Of a DNA stretch of 64,000 nt, positions 59,150 through 64,000 are shown piece by piece (position 1 is the first letter of the stretch; every line of letters begins with the position of its first letter). Position numbers and translations under genes: made by a program. The DNA is from an uncultured Methanosarcinales archaeon (GTDB lineage Archaea; Nanobdellota; Nanobdellia; Woesearchaeales; JABIAG01). The DNA lies in the NCBI GenBank assembly GCA_964544335.1, contig CAZJAJ010000002.1:3013-67012 (forward strand), written 5' to 3'. The notes beneath the pieces are model-generated. The model did no database searches. It was not told the DNA's origin and saw only the letters and a program-made list of their open reading frames with translations.

Positions 59150-60172
59150 ATGGTTACACTATCAAACGTAAGAGAAGAACTTGAAAATTGCAAGCGTCCT
59201 CTCTTCCTTTTCGACGATGATGCAGACGGTCTTGCCTCATTTCTACTACTCTACAAACACGTAAATGAAGGAAAAGGTATGCCTGTAAAACACGCAGGTG
59301 GCGTTGATGGCACATTTCTTCGAAAGGTAAAAGAATACGAACCAGACAAAGTATTCATTCTAGATGTGCCAAACGTATCTCAAGAATTTCTTGACGAAGT
59401 AAAAACACCAGTAATTTGGATAGATCATCATCCACCACAAAAAAGAAACAATGTACTCTACTACAATCCACTTCTAGAAAATCCTGATGTACACAAACCA
59501 ACATCCTGGGTGTGCTATGAAATTACAAAAAATAATCTCTGGATTGCCATGACAGGAATCATTGGTGATTGGACATTCCCTGAAAAACTTGCAAAACAAT
59601 TTAGGCAAGAATACGCAGAACTACTCCCTGAAGAAGTTTCATCACCAGACCAAGCACTCTTCACCACGCAGATTGGACTACTTGCAAAAATATTCAATTT
59701 CGTCCTTAAAGGAAAACAATCCTCTTTCAAAAAATGCATTGCAATTCTTACAAGAATTCAAGATCCATATGAAATCCTAAACAGAACATCACCACAAGGA
59801 ACATTCATTTACAAACGATTTGAAGAAATGAATAAAACCTACATGGGACTGTGGGAAGCTGCAAAGAAAAATGCAGATGAAAAAATGATCGTCTTCTCCT
59901 ACAGAGGTGAACTTTCATTTACCAGTGAACTGAGTAACGAATTACTCTTTAGAAATCCAGGCAAGATTATCATTGTAGCAAGAGAAAAATCTGGCTTCAT
60001 GAGAACATCTCTAAGATCAGGTCAAGGCGTGAGTGTACGAGATGCACTCCAAAAAGTAATGCCGCTCTTTAACGCACGAGGTGGAGGGCACGAGAACGCA
60101 TGTGGTACCTCCATTCAAGTAGATGTGTGGAAAAACTTCATCTCCGAGATGAAAAGAGAGTTAAATTTATAA
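59150..60172 (+). CDS. DHH/DHHA1 family phosphoesterase
   Basis: DDDADG, ILD, IDHH, SLRS, GGGH..ACG. Confidence 0.9.
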   Translation: MVTLSNVREELENCKRPLFLFDDDADGLASFLLLYKHVNEGKGMPVKHAGGVDGTFLRKVKEYEPDKVFILDVPNVSQEFLDEVKTPVIWIDHHPPQKRNNVLYYNPLLENPDVHKPTSWVCYEITKNNLWIAMTGIIGDWTFPEKLAKQFRQEYAELLPEEVSSPDQALFTTQIGLLAKIFNFVLKGKQSSFKKCIAILTRIQDPYEILNRTSPQGTFIYKRFEEMNKTYMGLWEAAKKNADEKMIVFSYRGELSFTSELSNELLFRNPGKIIIVAREKSGFMRTSLRSGQGVSVRDALQKVMPLFNARGGGHENACGTSIQVDVWKNFISEMKRELNL

Positions 60173-60197
60173 AATCTCATTCGTGCCTATAATGCAC

Positions 60198-60306
60198 GCA
60201 CCGATAGTCTAATGGTTATGATTCCGGCCTTCCATAACAGAAACGAGTTTCTGGACTCATCTGTTGATGAGAGCCGGTGGTCCGGGTTCGAATCCCGGTC
60301 GGTGCA
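60198..60306 (+). tRNA. tRNA-Gly(TCC) with 37-nt intron (60235-60271) at 37/38
   Basis: Acceptor GCACCGA/TCGGTGC, anticodon stem CCGGC/GCCGG, loop CT-TCC-A, GTTCGAATC; BHB-like junction with AACAGA/TCTGTT helix; TTTATAAA 24 nt upstream. Confidence 0.93.
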
Positions 60307-60390
60307 TTCTTCTCAAGAACTCTTTTTTTCAAATACTGGGATTCACCCGAGAATCTTTGATTGTCGCATGCGAATCCCGGCCGGCGCATT
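60289..60390 (+). repeat. Imperfect direct repeat (18/20) of the tRNA-Gly 3' end with an intervening hairpin element
   Basis: cgaatcccggtcggtgcatt (60289-60308) vs cgaatcccggccggcgcatt (60371-60390). Confidence 0.85.
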
Positions 60391-60432
60391 TATTCTTTCA
60401 GAAAATAATTAGAAAATAAAAAAATAAAGACC

Positions 60433-60924
60433 TTATTCTAGATCTTGCTCTGCATATAGGAATCGATACCATGGAGCTCGCTCACTGATCTGTCCTTCTG
60501 CATTGATGTTAAATCGCTGTGTTGCCTTTCCATTGATAAACCCAAGATACTTAACAGGTTCTTTGCCCTTTACTTCAAGTTCTCCTGATTCTTCATCAAC
60601 TTCTACTTCAACATCTTCCATACGTTCAAGTCGTGCTTGGTAGTTTGCTTCAAACCTCTCTAAGTTAGCTTGCAGACGCATACGTGCCTGTTCATTACTG
60701 ACCTTATCAAGCGCCATACCAAGTCCAGCAGGACTATCGGTTCCCATGTCATCTCTGTCAACTTGACCAGTAGTAACTTCAACAGGAACTTCACGTGGTT
60801 GTTTAACCACCTCATCATCCATCATCTTTTCAGATGCATTTGCCATATTTTCATCATGTGCACTCGCAAACGCAAGAGAACTGACTAAAACCAGCATACA
60901 CAATCCAAGAATTATTTGTTTCAT
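60433..60924 (-). CDS. Hypothetical secreted protein
   Basis: GAGGTGA RBS, signal peptide, acidic/coiled body, C-terminal PWY motif. Confidence 0.7.
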   Translation of the reverse strand: MKQIILGLCMLVLVSSLAFASAHDENMANASEKMMDDEVVKQPREVPVEVTTGQVDRDDMGTDSPAGLGMALDKVSNEQARMRLQANLERFEANYQARLERMEDVEVEVDEESGELEVKGKEPVKYLGFINGKATQRFNINAEGQISERAPWYRFLYAEQDLE

Positions 60925-61008
60925 ACATATCACCTCAAGAGAAAAATGGAATGCTATTATATAAACCTATAGAAAATAAACAATAAATAAAAAAAATAAA
61001 AACGATCT

Positions 61009-61296
61009 CTATTCGAAATCGTCATCAGATGATGAATCATCTTGTTCTTCTTCTTCAGAATAATCATTACCTGAAGCATCTTCTTCAGAACTAGAAGAAC
61101 TCTCGCCATCAAGTGAAACATTAATAGCCTTAGGGCCTCTTTCACCTTCATCAGTATCAAAAGTTACTGCATCGTCTTCACGAATTCTAACGCCTTCATT
61201 AAGACCGCTTTGGTGTACGAAATAATCAGTTCCATCTTCTGCTGTGATAAAACCAAATCGCTTACTTATGTTGTAAAATTTTACTTTACCTTTCAT
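61009..61296 (-). CDS. csp: Cold-shock domain protein with acidic tail
   Basis: MKGKVKFYN..KRFGFI, DYFVHQS, GPKA.NV. Confidence 0.95.
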   Translation of the reverse strand: MKGKVKFYNISKRFGFITAEDGTDYFVHQSGLNEGVRIREDDAVTFDTDEGERGPKAINVSLDGESSSSSEEDASGNDYSEEEEQDDSSSDDDFE

Positions 61297-61381
61297 TTTT
61301 TTATTACTCCAATGTGTTGTTCATCATCCTCTCGCAATCAGTTACTTGTTTGACTGTTCACCAAGGAATGTATGAGTGTGA

Positions 61382-62791
61382 TTACTGTCTTGAGGATCTT
61401 CTTGGACCTCTACTTCTTTGTCCCTGACCGCCAGATCTTCCTCGTGGACCACCTGATCTATTTCCTTGACCTGAAGATCGACCTCTTGAACCATTTCCAC
61501 CAAATCGTCCTCTAGAGCCTTGTCCACCTTCAGATTGGCCTCGTGATCTACTTCCGCCAGACCGACCTCTTGGCCCATCTCTTCGACCGCCATGGCCACC
61601 AGATCTACCACGTGGACCGCCACCTCGTCCGCCTCGCATAGGACCTCTACCGCCAGACTGACCTGAGACCATTTGTACACGTTCTACGTGTGGCTTTTCT
61701 TTTTTCTCAATTTTAAACTCGTCAAATTCATGAAGAATTCTACCGAAGTTATCATAATCATAATCGCAAAGTAAGTTTACTACTTTACCTTCCTCGCCCG
61801 CTCGTGCAGTACGTCCAATTCGGTGAACATATTCTTTTGGATCGTTTGGAATATCGTAGTTGTATACATGTGACACATTATCAATGTGAAGACCACGTGC
61901 TGCAACATCAGTACATACCAGAACGCCCATTTGACCTTTGTTAAATTGTTCAATACTCTTATTACGTTTATTCTGTGTGTGACCACCGTGAATAGCAATA
62001 GCACGAATATTATTTGCCTTAAGACTTGATGTAATCATGTCTGTTGCACGTCGTGTGTTACAAAACACCATTACAAGACCACGTTCTTCTTCCTTAAGGA
62101 AATGAACCAGTAGTGAAAGTTTAAGATTTCGTGGAAGATCATAGAACACTTGTGTTAATTTACTTGGGTCTACCATAGCTTCTGCAGAAACCTTAACATA
62201 CTCTCTCATGTAGGTATTTGCAAGATCTTCAATTCGTGGTGAAATCGTTGCTGAAAAAAATAATGTTTGTCGCTCTTCAGGAAGATACTGCATAATCTGT
62301 TCAACATCTTCAATGAATCCCATATCAAGCATTCGATCAGCCTCGTCAAGAACAAGTAACTGAACAGCTCGCGTATCAATAGTTCCTCGATCAAGGTGAT
62401 CAAGAAGTCTACCTGGAGTTGCAACCACAACATCTGCTTTCTTTAGTTGTGAAATTTGTGGATTGATGGATACACCACCATAAATAGGAATTACTTTGAG
62501 TGTTTTCTCACTTGAAATCTCTTTTAGAGCATCTTTTACTTGCTCAGCAAGTTCTCTTGTAGGAGTAAGCACAATTGCTTGAACGCCACCACGCGGAACT
62601 ACTTTTTCAAGAACACCACAGCCAAATGCCAGTGTCTTACCAGAACCAGTAGCACTCTCTCCAATCACGTCTTTTCCTGCAACAATGTGTGGAATGGCAC
62701 GTTCTTGAATAAGGGTAGGTTCTTCAAATCCTAATCTATTAAGGGCCTTAAGTAAATTTTCGCCTAGGCCAAGGTCTTTAAATGTTGTCAT
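61382..62791 (-). CDS. DEAD-box RNA helicase with RGG-rich tail
   Basis: ATGSGKT, PTRELA, TPGR, DEAD, SAT, ARGL, HRIGRTAR; likely start ATG 62791 after GAGGT. Confidence 0.95.
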   Translation of the reverse strand: MTTFKDLGLGENLLKALNRLGFEEPTLIQERAIPHIVAGKDVIGESATGSGKTLAFGCGVLEKVVPRGGVQAIVLTPTRELAEQVKDALKEISSEKTLKVIPIYGGVSINPQISQLKKADVVVATPGRLLDHLDRGTIDTRAVQLLVLDEADRMLDMGFIEDVEQIMQYLPEERQTLFFSATISPRIEDLANTYMREYVKVSAEAMVDPSKLTQVFYDLPRNLKLSLLVHFLKEEERGLVMVFCNTRRATDMITSSLKANNIRAIAIHGGHTQNKRNKSIEQFNKGQMGVLVCTDVAARGLHIDNVSHVYNYDIPNDPKEYVHRIGRTARAGEEGKVVNLLCDYDYDNFGRILHEFDEFKIEKKEKPHVERVQMVSGQSGGRGPMRGGRGGGPRGRSGGHGGRRDGPRGRSGGSRSRGQSEGGQGSRGRFGGNGSRGRSSGQGNRSGGPRGRSGGQGQRSRGPRRSSRQ

Positions 62792-62945
62792 GTTGTTATA
62801 TACCTCGTTAGTTTCTAATAGCACTTGTCAAGAAAAAGCAAAGTGTGTTGCGTATTGACAAACAAGTGCTTTCTCGCCAGTTTCTATCTAATATACACGT
62901 ATGGTAAAAGATACTTTATAAAGCTTCGGGTAAAAAGAAAAAAAG

Positions 62946-63076
62946 TGGCGGTGGCGGGATTTGAACGCGCGACCTCCAGATTTCACTGGTAGTTTTGGTA
63001 TTCCTCATCGGCTCTAAAGCCTCGGCACTCATACCTTATGAGTCTGGCGCAATAAACCAGGCTATGCTACACCGCC
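62946..63076 (-). tRNA. tRNA-Met(CAT), probably elongator, with 55-nt intron (62982-63036)
   Basis: Acceptor GGCGGTG/CACCGCC (G1-C72, not the initiator A1-U72), anticodon stem CCAGA/TCTGG, loop CT-CAT-A, T-loop TTCAAAT. Confidence 0.9.
62982..63036 (-). ncRNA. Putative intron-encoded minimal box C/D guide for C34 of tRNA-Met
   Basis: AGG-TATGAGT-G-CCGA-GGCTTTAGAGCC-G-ATGAGGA...; the guide is antisense to ACTCATA and D+5 pairs with C34. Confidence 0.65.
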
Positions 63077-63206
63077 GCAACAACATTGTGGGGCTTGACC
63101 AAAGGGAAACCCTTCTTGGTGTGGAAAAATTATTTTTCCAAACGGAAATTCTAAGAGAATTTACCGTGTCAACGGACTAAGCCGTTGTGTCAATACCGCC
63201 GCAACA
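63071..63206. repeat. 12-bp direct repeat of the tRNA-Met 5' end flanking a 112-nt four-hairpin insert
   Basis: accgccgcaaca at 63071-63082 and 63195-63206. Confidence 0.85.
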
Positions 63207-63226
63207 GAATTCATGAACCCTGGACC

Positions 63227-63235
63227 TTTTAAAAA
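63227..63235 (-). promoter_or_regulatory. Candidate TATA box for the tRNA-Met transcript
   Basis: TTTTTAAAA ~25 nt upstream of the duplicated 5' copy. Confidence 0.5.
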
Positions 63236-63381
63236 GTTGTCGAATGGTACTACCAAGCAAAGCGACGGTGTACAAGGTGTGTCGTGACTTGGCACGACTT
63301 TTAAAGAGTGTCGAAAGATTCTCTTCTAAACAAAAATTACTTCTTCAGAAACTATAAAAACACGACATCAATCCAAAAACA

Positions 63382-64000
63382 ATGAAAGCAGTCATCATGG
63401 CAGCAGGAAAAGGAACACGCATGCTGCCCATCACAGAAACCATTCCAAAAGTACTTATCCCAGTTGGAGAAGTACCCTTTCTCAAATACGTCATAGAACG
63501 TGTGCAAAAAGCAGGCATCACAGACATAGGAATTGTAACTTCATACAAATCTGACATGGTCAAAGCATTTCTTGACGAAGAAGGCATCAAAGCAACCATC
63601 ATTGATCAAGGAGAACCACTTGGAACAGGTCATGCAATAAAAGTTGCAAAAGAATTCATAGGTAACGACCATTTCATCGCTTTGGGTGGAGATAATCTTT
63701 GGAGTGTACAAGACATCAAAGCAGTAATGCACGACCAACATGAATGGTGCGTTGCAGCATGGACCGTTAAAAATCCAGAAAAATACGGTGTACTAGTTTG
63801 CAATAATAACAAACTCAAAAAAATTATTGAAAAACCAAAAGAGTTTGTAGGAAATCTCATTAATTCAGGACTCTATAAATTCACACCAGATGTATTCAAT
63901 ACATTAGAAAACATTGATCTCTCTCCAAGAGGTGAATACGAACTCACTGATGCACTCACATTAGGAGCACAAGAAGATAAAGTACATGTATGCCCTCTCA
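63382..64000 (+). CDS. Sugar-phosphate nucleotidyltransferase (RmlA/GlmU-like), partial
   Basis: Manual translation MKAVIMAAGKGTRMLPITETIPKVLIPV...Q.EPLGTGHA...GD...YGV...EKP...SPRGEYELTD; runs off the window. Confidence 0.92.
   Translation, partial: MKAVIMAAGKGTRMLPITETIPKVLIPVGEVPFLKYVIERVQKAGITDIGIVTSYKSDMVKAFLDEEGIKATIIDQGEPLGTGHAIKVAKEFIGNDHFIALGGDNLWSVQDIKAVMHDQHEWCVAAWTVKNPEKYGVLVCNNNKLKKIIEKPKEFVGNLINSGLYKFTPDVFNTLENIDLSPRGEYELTDALTLGAQEDKVHVCPL

Noticed and set aside
60235-60271. tRNA-Gly intron as a C/D guide (contains TGATGA)
   Set aside because: No D box or anticodon-antisense guide in the register seen in the other two introns; the TGATGA overlaps the BHB helix
60212-60412. ORFs overlapping tRNA genes (also 23431-23667 and 62995-63180)
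   Set aside because: They overlap clear tRNAs and have no protein motifs
61342-61680. 112-aa alternative-frame ORF in the helicase tail
   Set aside because: By-product of the low-complexity RGG-coding sequence
63281-63298. Hairpin gtcgtg-acttgg-cacgac upstream of the nucleotidyltransferase
   Set aside because: A single 6-bp stem with no other support
81-63860. Numerous short antisense or nested ORFs in the track
   Set aside because: They lie within well-supported genes on the other strand or frame and show no recognisable motifs

Overview
A 64-kb, gene-dense, AT-rich piece of an archaeal chromosome, most likely a DPANN/Woesearchaeota-like organism. This is inferred from AglB, fibrillarin/Nop5, aIF5A, L35Ae, L40e, intron-containing tRNAs and TTTATA promoters, mixed with bacterial-type GpsA, Tgt, Csp and LeuA. 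Left third: an N-glycosylation operon (aglB plus GT2/GT4 enzymes) divergent from a surface-protein cluster that includes a 1878-aa protein with 16 Cys/Asp-rich repeats. The rest is mostly housekeeping (valS, cysS, pyk, secDF, transporters, RNA-modification enzymes). No CRISPR array, transposase, integrase or rRNA was seen. The most unusual signals are outside the ORF track. (1) Two tandem leucine-rich leader peptides (one with 9 consecutive Leu codons) plus RBS-sequestering structures upstream of leuA suggest ribosome-mediated leucine attenuation in an archaeon. (2) The tRNA-Trp and tRNA-Met introns share a miniature guide-boxD-hairpin-boxC layout whose D+5 base pairs with wobble C34 of the host tRNA. 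(3) All three tRNA genes carry a duplicated tRNA end linked to a hairpin-rich insert. (4) An ArmA/RmtB-like 16S methyltransferase is translationally coupled to nop5-fibrillarin. (5) A P-type ATPase has PSSL in place of PEGL. All calls come from motif reading only; no database searches were run.
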